A stretch of 64,000 bases of DNA from Thermodesulfobacteriota bacterium (lineage in GTDB: Bacteria; Desulfobacterota_D; UBA1144; Nemesobacterales; UBA2774), in NCBI GenBank assembly GCA_965216785.1, contig OZ244197.1:1536001-1600000 (forward strand), in the 5' to 3' direction. This document shows, in pieces, positions 43,682-55,041 of this stretch; the first letter of the stretch is position 1, and every line of letters begins with the position of its first letter. Both the position numbers and the translations under genes were made by a program. The notes beneath the pieces were generated by a model. That model searched no databases and was not told where the DNA came from. It worked only from the letters and a program-made list of their open reading frames with translations.

Positions 43682-43703
43682 ATCTTGAAAAGGGGGATAT
43701 AGG

Positions 43704-43943
43704 TTATTCCAGTATCTCGAGAACGGCCCGTTTTCTCATCTTGGCTGCTGACGCGCTAAGGATAGTCCTGATTGCTTTGGCTGTCTTTCCCTGTTTCCCT
43801 ATAATTTTACCCAGATCATCAGGAGCCACCTTAAGCTCAAGCACCGCCGTCTGCTCTCCAGCAACCTCGCGAACCTCTACCTGGTCGGGATTGTCAACCA
43901 GGGATTTCGCAATGAATGTAACAAGCTCTGTAATCTGATCCAT
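43704..43943 (-). CDS. khpA: KH-domain RNA-binding protein KhpA
   Basis: [17 protein letters not shown]; lies between rpsP and rimM. Confidence 0.92.
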   Translation of the reverse strand: MDQITELVTFIAKSLVDNPDQVEVREVAGEQTAVLELKVAPDDLGKIIGKQGKTAKAIRTILSASAAKMRKRAVLEILE

Positions 43944-44010
43944 ATCTGATACCTCCCCTGTGTGGTCTGACTAGTCTTCTTATCCCATATTTTAGTATCT
44001 GTATATGTCT

Positions 44011-44244
44011 TCAGTTCAAGCTTGAGATCAACTTCTCGACCCTGACCGATGGCTGCGCACCTTTATCGATCCAGTCCTGCACTCGATCTTTTTTAACTTC
44101 CAGAACATGAGGTTTCTTTCTTGGATCGTAAAAACCCAGAATCTCTAGAAATTTCCCGTCTCTTGGTGAGCGTGAATCCGCCGCCACTATCCTGTAAAAC
44201 GGCCTCTTTTTAGAACCGCTTCTTGTAAGTCTTATCTTTACCAA
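44011..44244 (-). CDS. rpsP: 30S ribosomal protein S16
   Basis: VKIRL, PFYRIV, SPRDG and GAQPS motifs. Confidence 0.97.
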   Translation of the reverse strand: MVKIRLTRSGSKKRPFYRIVAADSRSPRDGKFLEILGFYDPRKKPHVLEVKKDRVQDWIDKGAQPSVRVEKLISSLN

Positions 44245-44296
44245 ATTATTCGTACCTCCTAGTACAATTACCAGTATAATCTAAAATCAAGTAAAA

Positions 44297-45631
44297 TCAT
44301 ATCCCTTTCATCATTCTTTTGGCCATTTTCCCCATTTTCCCCATGTTTTTCATCATGCCCCTCATCTGCATATAATTCTTGATCATGCGGTTAATATCTT
44401 CCACTCTCGTGCCGCTGCCCTTGGCGATTCGTTTGCGCCTGCTGCCGTTAAGAATAGTGTGGTTTAGTCTTTCCTTGGGCGTCATGGAATTTATTATTGC
44501 GATAGTCTTCTTAATCTCTTTCTCTGCGGTCTCAAGCGCCTTGGGGTCTTTGGCGACATCTTTCATGCCGGGTATCATCTGCGTCATGCTGTCAAGAGGT
44601 CCCAATTTGCCCATTGCGAGCATTGCATCGCGGAAGTCAGAGAGATTGAACTCCTTTTTGAGGAGTTTTTTGGACATTTTCTCCGCTTCCTTCTCATCAA
44701 ACGCTGCCTGTGCTTTTTCGATGAAAGAAAGCACATCGCCCATCCCTAATATTCTGGAAGCAATCCTGTCGGGATGGAATACCTCAAGGGCCTCAAGCTT
44801 TTCGCCCGTTCCGAAAAACTTTATGGGTTTTCCCGTCACTGCTTTAATGGAGAGAGCAGCTCCGCCCCTTGCGTCACCGTCCATCTTTGTAAGCACAACG
44901 CCGTCTATGTCCATAGCCTCGTTAAAGCTAGTGGATACGTTTACGGCGTCCTGACCGGTCATGGCGTCTGCTACAAGCAGCACCTGGTGGGGGCTTACTT
45001 CTGATTTAATTGTCTTAAGCTCGTCCATCAGCTCATCGTCAATGTGGAGACGACCCGCGGTATCGAAAATGACGATGTCGTGCGCGCTCGTGCGCGCAAT
45101 CTCCATTGCGTCTTTACAAATCTGTGCCGGCATCACTCCCGGCTGTGTATCGTATACGTCAACACCGATCTGCGATGCTAGCACCTTTAGCTGGTCTATA
45201 GCGGCCGGCCTGTAGATGTCTGCGGGTACTAAGTAGGGGTTTCTCTTGTGAGTGTCTTTAAGGTATTTAGCGAGTTTTGACGCGGTTGTGGTTTTACCTG
45301 AGCCCTGGAGCCCTATAAGCATAATTCCCACAGGCGGGGAGGATTTAAGATCGAGCTCAGAGCTTTCGGAGCCAAGTACGTTTATAAGCTCTTCGTGTAC
45401 GATTTTCACAAATTGCTGCCCAGGTGACAGGCTTTGCATCACCTCTTGGCCGAGTGCGCGGTTTTTTACCGACTCTACGAAATCTCTTACTACTTTAAAG
45501 TTTACGTCAGCTTCAAGCAAGCTCAGGCGGACTTCTCTCAGCGCTTCCTGTATATTCTTTTCACTCAGCTTGCCGTAGCCCCGTACGCGCTTTAAAGTAG
45601 TGTTTAGTTTTTCAGATATTCCTTCAAACAT
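44297..45631 (-). CDS. ffh: Signal recognition particle protein
   Basis: GLQGSGKTT, DTAGR, TKMDGDARGG and SRRKRIAKGSG motifs. Confidence 0.98.
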   Translation of the reverse strand: MFEGISEKLNTTLKRVRGYGKLSEKNIQEALREVRLSLLEADVNFKVVRDFVESVKNRALGQEVMQSLSPGQQFVKIVHEELINVLGSESSELDLKSSPPVGIMLIGLQGSGKTTTASKLAKYLKDTHKRNPYLVPADIYRPAAIDQLKVLASQIGVDVYDTQPGVMPAQICKDAMEIARTSAHDIVIFDTAGRLHIDDELMDELKTIKSEVSPHQVLLVADAMTGQDAVNVSTSFNEAMDIDGVVLTKMDGDARGGAALSIKAVTGKPIKFFGTGEKLEALEVFHPDRIASRILGMGDVLSFIEKAQAAFDEKEAEKMSKKLLKKEFNLSDFRDAMLAMGKLGPLDSMTQMIPGMKDVAKDPKALETAEKEIKKTIAIINSMTPKERLNHTILNGSRRKRIAKGSGTRVEDINRMIKNYMQMRGMMKNMGKMGKMAKRMMKGI

Positions 45632-45840
45632 AGTATTGTGTAATGAGGCTTAAATACACCTCTCCCATCAATTGAAAAACCTAAATAAATATCATAGCTT
45701 GGCGTGGTTGTCAACTATTTTAGAACCGCACAAAGCCCGGTTTTATTAGCTAACACTCGTCTTTACAGCCAAGTTGTGATGCAGTCCCGGTAAGACAGGA
45801 GCGTATTGCCCGGGTCATAGTTACTTGATGTTATCAGATA

Positions 45841-47109
45841 CTAAGGTGAAAAGAACAATTCTATGATTTTATATATAATCCCGTCTGATATACCTGCTAT
45901 ATATATTTCACCCTGCTCATCCAAACCGAAAGAGGCGATTATAAAGGTCTCTTCGTCAGAAAACCGGAATATTTCCTCGTTACCGGTGGCAGTACCGCCA
46001 TCAATACTTAATGCCCATATGCGGCCAGAAGCGAAATCTCCATAAATGTATTTTCCCTGTAGCTGCTCAATTTCTGCGCCCCGGTAGATAAAGCCGCCTG
46101 TAACGGACCTGCCCTGACCGCGTCCGTATTCCCATATAGGCTGCTCAAGTCCCGTCATATCACAATCTGTTGGCGGGTCAAAGCATAGCGTGCCTTCCAT
46201 GATCGGCCACCCGTAATTTTTTCCGGGCTCTACTATATCTATTTCCTCTCTATCGCCCTGACCCACGTCTGCGGTAATGAGAAGCCCCGTTACGGGGTCA
46301 ATGCTTGCTCGCCACGGATTGCGGAGCCCGTAGGCATATATCTCTTCCCTGAATCCAGACGAGTTTCCGGCAAAGGGGTTGTCAGCGGGAATTCCGTACT
46401 CAAGTCCCTCGTCGGGGTTGTCAATGTCGATGCGCAGTATAGCGCCGAACAAGTTCGTTAGGTCCTGTGATTCATCAGATACGCTCCCGGATGGGCCGCC
46501 GTCGCCGGATGTAATGTAAAGGAGGCCGTCAGAGGGGCCGAAAAACATCTGACCGCCGTTATGGAAGGCGTTGGTCTGATCGAATTCAATTAGTACCAGC
46601 TCGCTCTCTGGATCTGCAATGTCAGGGTCTCCGTCACTTACCGAGAACCTTGAAATTACGGTTCTAAAGGGAGCGTCGGCTATATAATTCACATAAAAGT
46701 ATCCGTTATTTTCAAAGTCGGGATGAAACGCTAAACCTAGTAATCCCGCTTCGCCGCCTTCATCCTTTGAGATCCTGTCCTGTATATCCAGAAAAACGCT
46801 TTTCTCCGCTCTGGATGTAATTGTCCGGGCGGTACTTTGTGCGGGCGCTGGATCCGGGGTTATGATCTGTATAGTGCCTCCCTGCTCTACCACGAAAAGA
46901 CGGTTCGAGCCGTCGCCCGCGTTTTCAATGCCAAGAGGTCTATTGAAAGTAAGCTCCGGAAACGCGTTCTCGGCTCTAATCACAGATCCGCCTTCCCCTC
47001 TTGGGCCCTCGTGTGAATCACAAGAGACTAAAGCTAGGCATATTGTGACGAGAAAAAGCGCCAACAAACCGCTCTTTAAAGCACTATGGGATAATATCAT
47101 TCCAGTCAT
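45841..47109 (-). CDS. PQQ-dependent sugar dehydrogenase (GSDH family), probable lipoprotein
   Basis: Lipobox LVSC, GLLGLAFHPDF, HNGG, YGLRNPWR and NYGWP motifs. Confidence 0.9.
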   Translation of the reverse strand: MTGMILSHSALKSGLLALFLVTICLALVSCDSHEGPRGEGGSVIRAENAFPELTFNRPLGIENAGDGSNRLFVVEQGGTIQIITPDPAPAQSTARTITSRAEKSVFLDIQDRISKDEGGEAGLLGLAFHPDFENNGYFYVNYIADAPFRTVISRFSVSDGDPDIADPESELVLIEFDQTNAFHNGGQMFFGPSDGLLYITSGDGGPSGSVSDESQDLTNLFGAILRIDIDNPDEGLEYGIPADNPFAGNSSGFREEIYAYGLRNPWRASIDPVTGLLITADVGQGDREEIDIVEPGKNYGWPIMEGTLCFDPPTDCDMTGLEQPIWEYGRGQGRSVTGGFIYRGAEIEQLQGKYIYGDFASGRIWALSIDGGTATGNEEIFRFSDEETFIIASFGLDEQGEIYIAGISDGIIYKIIELFFSP

Positions 47110-47176
47110 AATTGATCCCCTCCTTCCCTAGGTAGTTAATACATATTATAAATGATATAAGGAGGGTTTGTGTCTC

Positions 47177-47896
47177 TTATGTTAAGGTCTCCCCCGGTTT
47201 TAGCTCCACTACCTCTAGCCCTGAAAACTCCTTGGTTAGCTCTTTAAACTCTTCCGGAGTGCCGGTTAATACCGGAAATGTGCCGTAGTGCATTGGGATT
47301 GCGTAATCAGGATTCATGAGCTTGCAGGCATAGGCTGCTTCCCTGGGTGACATGGTGAAAATATTCCCTATGGGGAGCATCACGAGCTCCGGTTCGTAAA
47401 GCTCGGCTATGAGCTTCATATCGCCGAATACGGCGGTATCTCCGGCATGATATATCTTAAAGCCGTTCTCTAGCTCTATCACGTATCCCGCGGCCTCTCC
47501 CCCGTATATAATGCTTCCGTCCTCTTCTTTAATGCCGCAGCTATGATCTGCGTGAACCATTGTAAACTTTATGCCGTCAACTTCCTGGGTGCCCCCTTTG
47601 TTCATGGGCATAATGTTTTCTACCCCTTTGGAGTTAAGCCAAACGCATGTCTCAAATATTCCCACTACTTTTGGCTGGTGCTCTTTTCCGAGAGTAACGC
47701 AGTCTCCAATGTGGTCATAGTGCGCGTGTGTTACAGCCATGATGTCTAGCTCATCGACTTTTTTTAGCTCCTCCGGGCATAGCGGGTTTCCCTGGACCCA
47801 AGGATCAATTATAAGTGTTTTCCCTCCGGGAGTGCTGAGCTTAAATGTCGCATGGCCCATGTAAGTTATCTCAATACCGTTATCAAGTTTTCGCAT
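47177..47896 (-). CDS. Metallo-beta-lactamase fold hydrolase (UPF0173)
   Basis: GHATF, THAHYDH, YHAGDT and IPMHYGTF motifs. Confidence 0.9.
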   Translation of the reverse strand: MRKLDNGIEITYMGHATFKLSTPGGKTLIIDPWVQGNPLCPEELKKVDELDIMAVTHAHYDHIGDCVTLGKEHQPKVVGIFETCVWLNSKGVENIMPMNKGGTQEVDGIKFTMVHADHSCGIKEEDGSIIYGGEAAGYVIELENGFKIYHAGDTAVFGDMKLIAELYEPELVMLPIGNIFTMSPREAAYACKLMNPDYAIPMHYGTFPVLTGTPEEFKELTKEFSGLEVVELKPGETLT

Positions 47897-48009
47897 AGTA
47901 AATACCCTCGTGTGTGTTTTAGTATGTTCTAAAATAATATTACTGTTACATAAATCGTTTCAAGCCGCGGATTAAAAGAGATCGCGATTCAATGTTAGAA
48001 TTATGTTTA

Positions 48010-48423
48010 ATGTCATATGAGTTGCTCGATCATACTGCCGATCTTTGTATCAGAGTCACAGGAGGGAGCTTCGGTGAGCTGCTTCGGAATGCATCGCTTG
48101 CAATGATGGATCAAATTACGGATAGAGACAGGGTCAATACGTCCGTATGTGAGATTATAGAGGTAACAGGCGATACGAAAGAGGAAATACTCGTTAAATT
48201 GCTCAGTGAGATTCTTTATCTGCACGAAACAAGCAGGCTCGTTTTTAAGGATATACGCTTGAAAATGTGTGACGAAACAACAGTAGCGGCGGAGCTTTCG
48301 GGAGAGAGATACGATTCTTCAAAACATGAGCTGGTAAATGACATTAAAGCTGTAACCTATCACGGTTTGAAAGTGGAGAGGGTGAATGATAGATTTACGG
48401 CTGATATTGTTTTCGACATTTAA
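48010..48423 (+). CDS. Archease
   Basis: YELLDHTAD, IKAVTYHGL and C-terminal VFDI; directly upstream of rtcB. Confidence 0.92.
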   Translation: MSYELLDHTADLCIRVTGGSFGELLRNASLAMMDQITDRDRVNTSVCEIIEVTGDTKEEILVKLLSEILYLHETSRLVFKDIRLKMCDETTVAAELSGERYDSSKHELVNDIKAVTYHGLKVERVNDRFTADIVFDI

Positions 48424-48480
48424 TGTCTCGTATTTTGCTGTAATGACAATGAGTTGCACGGCAGTAAAAGTGATGTGATC

Positions 48481-49914
48481 ATGAGAATAGAAAAGGTGCA
48501 TGACTATCTTTGGGAGATCCCTAAAACAGGCGGTATGCTGGTTCCGGGCAGGGTGTATGCGGATGAGAGAATGCTCGAGCGAATAAAGGAAGACAAGGCG
48601 CTTGAGCAGGTTGTAAACGTGGCGCACTTGCCGGGGATTCGGAAATATTCAATCGCTATGCCGGACATTCACTGGGGGTACGGATTCCCCATCGGAGGTG
48701 TGGCCGGTGTTGACGCGGAGGAAGGGGTGATTTCTCCTGGCGGGGTGGGGTATGACATAAACTGCGGCGTTAGGCTTATGACGACGAAGCTTACTGAGCA
48801 GGACGTGAGGCTAAGGCTCAGTGAGTTAGTAACTCAGCTATACAAGAAAGTACCCTCTGGCGCGGGGGAGAGCGGAGAGGTCAAGCTTTCAAAAGAGGAC
48901 TATAGGGCGATATTCAGTAAGGGATCACGGTGGGCGGTCGAGAGAGGGTGCGGGCGGGATGATGATCTTTTGAAGACGGAAGACCACGGCCATTTCCCGG
49001 GGGCGGATCCTAAAGCGGTGAGTAGGCGGGCGTTTAAACGAGGAAAAGAGCAGTTAGGCACCCTCGGATCCGGAAACCACTTTGTCGAGGTTGACGTAGT
49101 GGACAAGCTGTTTGACCCGGGTGTTGCCGAGGTGTTCGGTCTTGAGCCCGGCAGAGTCTGCGTACTGATACATTCAGGCTCAAGGGGGTTCGGGCATCAG
49201 ATATGTACTGATTATATAGATACTATGATCTCTTATATGAGAAGGGAAGGGCTTACTCTTCCGGATAAGCAGCTCGCGTGCGCGCATATACGCTCTAGCG
49301 AAGCCCAGGCTTATCTTGCGGCGTTTTCCGCGGCCGTAAATTACGCATGGACCAACAGGCAAATTATCATGCACTCGGTAAGGGAAGCGTTCTATGAAAC
49401 TTTCGGCATTACGGAGAGAGAACTTGGCTCCTCGCTCGTGTACGACGTGAGCCACAATATAGCAAAGTTTGAAGACCATAAGATTAACGGGGGTATTAAG
49501 CGAATCTGCGTTCACAGAAAAGGGGCGACGCGCGCATTTCCCAAGGGGCATAAACATATACCTGAGGTGTATAAAGAAGTGGGGCAGCCCGTGTTCATAC
49601 CGGGTGATATGGGCAGGGGATCTTACGTGCTCGTGGGCACAGAAGCCTCTATGGAAGAGACATTCGGGACATGCTGCCACGGAGCGGGTAGAATGCTATC
49701 GAGAAGAAAGGCGCTCAAAGAAGCCCGGGGCAGAAATATATTTGAGGAGCTGAGTGAAAAAGGCGTGGTCATTATGGCTAAAGGTAAGAGGACAGTGGCC
49801 GAGGAGATGCCCGAGGCCTATAAGGACGCACAAGACGTATGCGATGTAGTTCATAACGCCGGTATTGCCAGCAAAGTTGCAAAACTAAGACCCATAGGTG
49901 TGATAAAAGGATAA
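48481..49914 (+). CDS. rtcB: RNA ligase RtcB (archaeal/eukaryote-like long form)
   Basis: [39 protein letters not shown] and HGAGR motifs. Confidence 0.96.
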   Translation: MRIEKVHDYLWEIPKTGGMLVPGRVYADERMLERIKEDKALEQVVNVAHLPGIRKYSIAMPDIHWGYGFPIGGVAGVDAEEGVISPGGVGYDINCGVRLMTTKLTEQDVRLRLSELVTQLYKKVPSGAGESGEVKLSKEDYRAIFSKGSRWAVERGCGRDDDLLKTEDHGHFPGADPKAVSRRAFKRGKEQLGTLGSGNHFVEVDVVDKLFDPGVAEVFGLEPGRVCVLIHSGSRGFGHQICTDYIDTMISYMRREGLTLPDKQLACAHIRSSEAQAYLAAFSAAVNYAWTNRQIIMHSVREAFYETFGITERELGSSLVYDVSHNIAKFEDHKINGGIKRICVHRKGATRAFPKGHKHIPEVYKEVGQPVFIPGDMGRGSYVLVGTEASMEETFGTCCHGAGRMLSRRKALKEARGRNIFEELSEKGVVIMAKGKRTVAEEMPEAYKDAQDVCDVVHNAGIASKVAKLRPIGVIKG

Positions 49915-49919
49915 GGAAA

Positions 49920-51200
49920 ATGCTAGATTCGAAATTCATAGAGGAAAATCTCGATACTGTAGTTAATAAGATCAAAGAAAGGGGCGGAGAGTTTGACACC
50001 GAGACCTTTAAGTCTCTTGATCAGGAAAGAAAGAGAATTATTTCACAAGTGGAGAAGCTTGAGAATGAAAGGAACATCGGCTCAAAAAAAGTAGGTGAGC
50101 TAATGAGGGGGGGAAGTAAGGAAGAGGCCCGGCAGCTTCAGGCCGAGCTGAAACACAAGTCAGAGCAAATAAAAGAGCTTTCCGAGGAAAGAAAAAAGGC
50201 TGATGAAAATTTCAGGGCATTTCTCCTGACTGTGCCTAATATCCCCAACGACTCGGTGCCTGTAGGCGTGAGTGACGAGGACAACGTTGAGGTTAAAAAC
50301 TGGGGAGAGAAGCGTGAGTTTAACTTTGAGCCCAAGGACCATGTGGAGATCGGCAAGGGGCTCGATATACTCGATCTGGACAGGGCCGCCAAGATAACAG
50401 GCGCCAGGTTTGCCCTCTATAAAGGTCTCGGGGCGAGGCTTGAGAGGGCGCTTGTGAATTTTATGCTGGATCTTCATACAGGGGAGCACGGATATACTGA
50501 GGTGCTGCCCCCTTTTATGGCCAACACGGCAAGCTTTGTCGGTACCGGAAACCTGCCGAAATTTGAAGAAGATTTATTTAAAGTACAGGGGACTGATTAT
50601 TACCTGATCCCGACAGCGGAAGTGCCTGTAACAAATATTTACAGGGATGAAATACTGAGTGAAGATGACCTGCCGATAAAATACGCGGCGTATACGCCGT
50701 GTTTCAGATCCGAGGCGGGCTCTTACGGGAAAGACGTCCGCGGAATTATAAGACAGCATCAATTCAATAAGGTCGAGCTTGTTAAATTTGCCCATCCGGA
50801 CACCTCTTATGAAGAGCACGAGAGTCTTACCGAAAACGCGGCCCGTGTGCTGGAGCTCCTTGGGCTTCCCTATAGAATCGTAGTTCTCTGTACAGGGGAT
50901 ATGGGATTTTCCTCAGCCAAGACATATGACATAGAAGTGTGGGTGCCTGCTGAGAACACTTACCGTGAGATATCTTCGTGCAGTAACTTCGAGGACTTTC
51001 AGGCAAGGCGAGCTTCTATACGTTTCAGGCCTAAGGGAGGTGGAAAAGTGAGGCTTGTTCATACCCTAAACGGCTCTGGTCTGGCTGTGGGGCGCTGCGT
51101 GATCGGTATACTCGAAAACAATCAGGAAGAGGACGGGAGCGTTAGGATTCCGGATGTGCTGGTGCCTTATATGGGCGGAATTCAGAAGATTACGGTATAA
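49920..51200 (+). CDS. serS: Seryl-tRNA synthetase
   Basis: [31 protein letters not shown] and TLNGSGLA motifs. Confidence 0.98.
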   Translation: MLDSKFIEENLDTVVNKIKERGGEFDTETFKSLDQERKRIISQVEKLENERNIGSKKVGELMRGGSKEEARQLQAELKHKSEQIKELSEERKKADENFRAFLLTVPNIPNDSVPVGVSDEDNVEVKNWGEKREFNFEPKDHVEIGKGLDILDLDRAAKITGARFALYKGLGARLERALVNFMLDLHTGEHGYTEVLPPFMANTASFVGTGNLPKFEEDLFKVQGTDYYLIPTAEVPVTNIYRDEILSEDDLPIKYAAYTPCFRSEAGSYGKDVRGIIRQHQFNKVELVKFAHPDTSYEEHESLTENAARVLELLGLPYRIVVLCTGDMGFSSAKTYDIEVWVPAENTYREISSCSNFEDFQARRASIRFRPKGGGKVRLVHTLNGSGLAVGRCVIGILENNQEEDGSVRIPDVLVPYMGGIQKITV

Positions 51201-51241
51201 CTGGATACCTCTTTTCGGTTAACAGCTCTGGTATTAGCTGC

Positions 51242-53158
51242 TTATTCAGTAATAGGAAGGTCTATTATAAATCTTGCCCCTTTTGACCCCGTGTTCTCGG
51301 CGTATATATCTCCCCCGTGTTCTTTTATTATGCCGAAGGACACAGAGAGCCCAAGGCCGGTGCCTTTGCCTTTTGGTTTTGAGGTGTAGAACGGGTCAAA
51401 TATTTTGGGTAATATGTCAGCTGGTATCCCGGGTCCGCTGTCTTCGAATATTAACTGCACGAAGTCTTTTCTACCGTCTTTTATCTTGCTTATTATTGTG
51501 AGATTTCTTTCATCCGAAGAGTCTTCCAACGCGTGCAGAGCGTTCATGATTAGGTTCATAAAAACCTGCTGCAGCTGATTTGGGTCTGCGACGATCTCCG
51601 GGAGATCGGGGTTTAGGTTTTGTATGACATTCACCTTATTTTTAGTAAGCTCATAACTTACCAGTCCGAGCGTGGTGTCGAGTACATCGTTTGCCTGAAT
51701 CTGCTCTTTTTCGGGGTTGTGCTTTCGCGCGAAAGAGAGGAGATTCTGAATTACTTTTCTAGCCCTTTCGGCTTCACGGTTAATTGACTCCACCGCTTTT
51801 TTCGACTCCTCGTCCAGATCGGGCTCTTCCAGCATCATTTCTGAATATCCGATTACAACTGCCAGGGGGTTATTTATTTCATGAGTGACGCCTGATATAA
51901 GCTCACCTATGGCAGCGAGCTTAGAAGATTGGTGAAGCTGCGCCTCCATGTGTTTTCTCTCGGTGATATCAAATATAATGGCCGTCAGAACGGAACGCCC
52001 GTCAATTTTACACCTGGAAAGAGAAACCTCAATCGGGAATTCCCGTCCCGATTTACTTAGTCCCTCGGATTCAAACATAAATCCTTGTTCAAAGCTATCC
52101 TTGTTCCCGTTTTTTAAAGTGTGTTTGTCCTTAACTAAATCCTTGTGTTTTTCGGGAAAGAGCATAAAAAATTCCTTGTCCCGCACTTCCTCTGTACCGT
52201 ATTCAAAAAGCCCTTCGGCGGCCGGGTTGTAAAGAATTATATTGGCTTCCTCGTCTACTGCTATTATTGCGCTCTTAGCGGTCTCGATAAATGTTCTGTA
52301 ACGCTCTTCAGACTCTTTTAGGGCAAGCTCAAGTGTTTTCCTCGAGCTTATGTCGTCGATGACCGAGACAATGCCTATATGCTCGCCTTCCTGATCTTTT
52401 ATAACCGAGGTCTTCTCGTAAATAGGAAAAGCGGTTCCGTCTTTTTTCAGTCCGAGTCTCTCACCTTCCCAGCCTACCATCAGTATGGCCTCGTAAATCT
52501 TGCCGCTTACTCCCGAGGGGTCGTCGGCAGGGTATAGAACTGCGCTTTTCTCTCCCATTAACTCTTGGGCTGAATGGCCGAACATCTTTTCGTGTGCGGT
52601 GTTGATATAGAGTATGTTCTGGTTTATGTCCGTAATCGTTACTGCCGAGTTAAGGCTATTGACCGAAGCTGACAGTACTACCGCTTGGTCACTTACCCCC
52701 TTTGTGCCTTGAGCTTCTTTCTGAATCGTCTTTTGTGAGTTCCTGCCACGGAGCTCATCTTTGAGCTGCGCATTCTCTACTGCTTTTAAGATTAAAGTGG
52801 CCAAATAGCTTTCATTAAGCGGCCTCGCGACAAAAGCGTAAACCATGTCATGGAGCGGGATTTCTTTGGCCAATACACCGTCTGCGCTTATTTCGGCCTC
52901 TTCATCCGTAACCACTATTATCTGTGTTGCGTGTGAGATCGATTTGATCTTGGTTAACAGTTTTGTGAGGGTATCGCCCGGGTCTGAGACCTCGACAACT
53001 ACAACGTTATAGAACTCTTCCGTAAGAGCGCGGGAAACTTCATCCAAGCTATGTACGCTCTTAGCTGAAATGTTCCTATTACTTAGAAACTTATCCAGAG
53101 CCGAAGAGGGCTTAAAATTCAGCCTCAGTAAAACTCTTGATTCTTTCTTGTTACTCAT
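51242..53158 (-). CDS. Cytoplasmic sensor histidine kinase: degenerate receiver, two PAS domains, HisKA and HATPase
   Basis: HEINNPL, QVFMNL..NA, DSGPGI, FDPFYT and GTGLGL motifs. Confidence 0.9.
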   Translation of the reverse strand: MSNKKESRVLLRLNFKPSSALDKFLSNRNISAKSVHSLDEVSRALTEEFYNVVVVEVSDPGDTLTKLLTKIKSISHATQIIVVTDEEAEISADGVLAKEIPLHDMVYAFVARPLNESYLATLILKAVENAQLKDELRGRNSQKTIQKEAQGTKGVSDQAVVLSASVNSLNSAVTITDINQNILYINTAHEKMFGHSAQELMGEKSAVLYPADDPSGVSGKIYEAILMVGWEGERLGLKKDGTAFPIYEKTSVIKDQEGEHIGIVSVIDDISSRKTLELALKESEERYRTFIETAKSAIIAVDEEANIILYNPAAEGLFEYGTEEVRDKEFFMLFPEKHKDLVKDKHTLKNGNKDSFEQGFMFESEGLSKSGREFPIEVSLSRCKIDGRSVLTAIIFDITERKHMEAQLHQSSKLAAIGELISGVTHEINNPLAVVIGYSEMMLEEPDLDEESKKAVESINREAERARKVIQNLLSFARKHNPEKEQIQANDVLDTTLGLVSYELTKNKVNVIQNLNPDLPEIVADPNQLQQVFMNLIMNALHALEDSSDERNLTIISKIKDGRKDFVQLIFEDSGPGIPADILPKIFDPFYTSKPKGKGTGLGLSVSFGIIKEHGGDIYAENTGSKGARFIIDLPITE

Positions 53159-53336
53159 ACATTCTCCCGATCCTAGTTAACGGACGCACAAAATTGCGCC
53201 TCATTATATGAACAGTATGAGGTAGTTACATTTATTAAATTAATATCTCGGAAAATAAAATTCCCGGGATCATCCTCTCTTTATTGTAAATCTAAAATAC
53301 TAATTGTTACAACGCGTGCGGATTAGCTGCTTTGCG

Positions 53337-53582
53337 CTAAACTTCGTCCATACGCCCGCTGTATTTTTCAAGCCTATTGGACACGTAAAGAAAAATGGGC
53401 GCCAATACGGCTGCGATTATAAAAATATAGAGAAATACAAAGCCCGTTTGTTTCTCAGCTATGCCGATATCGTGCACGATTGAGCGTATGAAAATTATAA
53501 TTACCGCAAACGCGGATATGAGGCATATTACCGCCGCGCTCATAAACAAATATGAAAAAATACTTGCGAGCTGATCTCTCAT
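53337..53582 (-). CDS. Small two-TM membrane protein
   Basis: Two hydrophobic helices; ATG at 53582. Confidence 0.5.
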   Translation of the reverse strand: MRDQLASIFSYLFMSAAVICLISAFAVIIIFIRSIVHDIGIAEKQTGFVFLYIFIIAAVLAPIFLYVSNRLEKYSGRMDEV

Positions 53583-53717
53583 ATTATTCTCTAATTTGCA
53601 CTTATTAATATTAATTATAGTGCTGTTAGTATTTGGCCGCAATCAAATATTTAGGGGGGGTAAACCTAGAAGTGAAGTAGGGGTTAAATGGAAAATTTAA
53701 TTGAAAGTCATGTAAAA

Positions 53718-54290
53718 CTAGACTTCCATGATTTCTTTTTCTTTTTTCTCGAGCATCCCGTTTATTTCTTTTATGAACTTGTCTGTTAGGTCCTGAACCT
53801 CTTTAAGGGTTGTTTTGACTTCGTCCTCGGGGATGTGCTCATCTTTTTCGGCTTTAGTAATCTTGTGGTTAACGTCTTTTCTGATTTGTCTAACCGAAAC
53901 TCTGTAGTCTTCTGCAAGCTTGCCCACAAATCTCACAAGCTCTTTTCTTCTGTCTTCGGTAAGTACGGGGATGTTGAGCCTTATGGTCTTACCGTCGTTT
54001 GAGGGGGTTATGCCGAGCTCAGATTTCTGAAGTGCTTTTTCCACCTCGCCGATCGCAGTCTGGTCCCAAGGCTGTATCAGTATAGTCCTGGCCTCAGGTA
54101 TCGATACCGTAGCCATCTGATTTATCGGAGTCATCGCGCCGTAATAATCAACCAGTATATGCTCAATCAGACCGGTGGACGCCCTGCCTGTCCTAATCTT
54201 CCCGAGCTCTGAATCAAATGAGCTTATTGATTTGTCCATCCTCTCTTCGGTTTCGAGAAGTAACACATCCAAGTCGATTTCTTCAGCCAT
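53718..54290 (-). CDS. frr: Ribosome recycling factor
   Basis: [16 protein letters not shown] and KEKEIMEV motifs. Confidence 0.97.
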   Translation of the reverse strand: MAEEIDLDVLLLETEERMDKSISSFDSELGKIRTGRASTGLIEHILVDYYGAMTPINQMATVSIPEARTILIQPWDQTAIGEVEKALQKSELGITPSNDGKTIRLNIPVLTEDRRKELVRFVGKLAEDYRVSVRQIRKDVNHKITKAEKDEHIPEDEVKTTLKEVQDLTDKFIKEINGMLEKKEKEIMEV

Positions 54291-55029
54291 TTTTCTTGCT
54301 CCTTACAAGTGTTCCTATCTTAGCTCCTGTAACTACCTTTTTAATATTACCGCTTTCAAACAGATTAAAAACAATTATGGGAATATTCCCCTGCATGCAG
54401 AGTGATATGGCTGTTGCGTCCATGATCTTAAGCTCTTTATTGAGGACTTCCATGTAGTTAAGCTCGGAAAACTTTACGGCGTCGTCGTGTTTCATGGGGT
54501 CTTTATCGTAAACCCCGTCCACTTTTGTGGCTTTGAGTATCAAATCGGCGCCTATCTCGAGCGCTCTCAGTGTCGCTGCTGTATCTGTTGTGAAAAAAGG
54601 ATTTCCAGTGCCGCCTGCGAAAATTACGATCCTTTCTTTTTCTAGATGGCGGATGGCTCTTCTTCTGATGTAGGGCTCGGCGATTTGCTCGATTTCAATT
54701 GCGGACTGGACGCGTGTTTGGAGATTCTTTTTCTCCAGTGAGTTCTGAAGCGCCATGGCGTTTATTACAGTTGCCAGCATACCCATATAGTCCCCGGTAG
54801 TCCGGTCTATACCTGATTCGGTGCCGGCGACTCCCCGGAAAATGTTGCCTCCGCCTATAACGAGGGCAATCTCAACACCCAGCGCATGAACATCGGCAAT
54901 TTCCTCAGATATTTTGTCGAGCACTTCAGGGCATATACCGTATCCTTGTTGTCCCTGGAGCGCTTCTCCGCTTAATTTAAGCAGTATCTTTTTGTACTTA
55001 GGCTTAGACAGAGTCTTTGGAGAATTCAT
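54283..55029 (-). CDS. pyrH: UMP kinase
   Basis: [17 protein letters not shown] and [10 protein letters not shown] motifs. Confidence 0.98.
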   Translation of the reverse strand: MNSPKTLSKPKYKKILLKLSGEALQGQQGYGICPEVLDKISEEIADVHALGVEIALVIGGGNIFRGVAGTESGIDRTTGDYMGMLATVINAMALQNSLEKKNLQTRVQSAIEIEQIAEPYIRRRAIRHLEKERIVIFAGGTGNPFFTTDTAATLRALEIGADLILKATKVDGVYDKDPMKHDDAVKFSELNYMEVLNKELKIMDATAISLCMQGNIPIIVFNLFESGNIKKVVTGAKIGTLVRSKKNG

Positions 55030-55041
55030 TTTTTCCTATGC

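Noticed and set aside
45730-45820. SRP RNA (ffs) next to ffh
   Set aside because: CAGTCCCGGTAAGACAGG only loosely resembles the CAGG-tcc-GGAA-gga-AGCA helix-8 motif and does not form the required GNRA stem.
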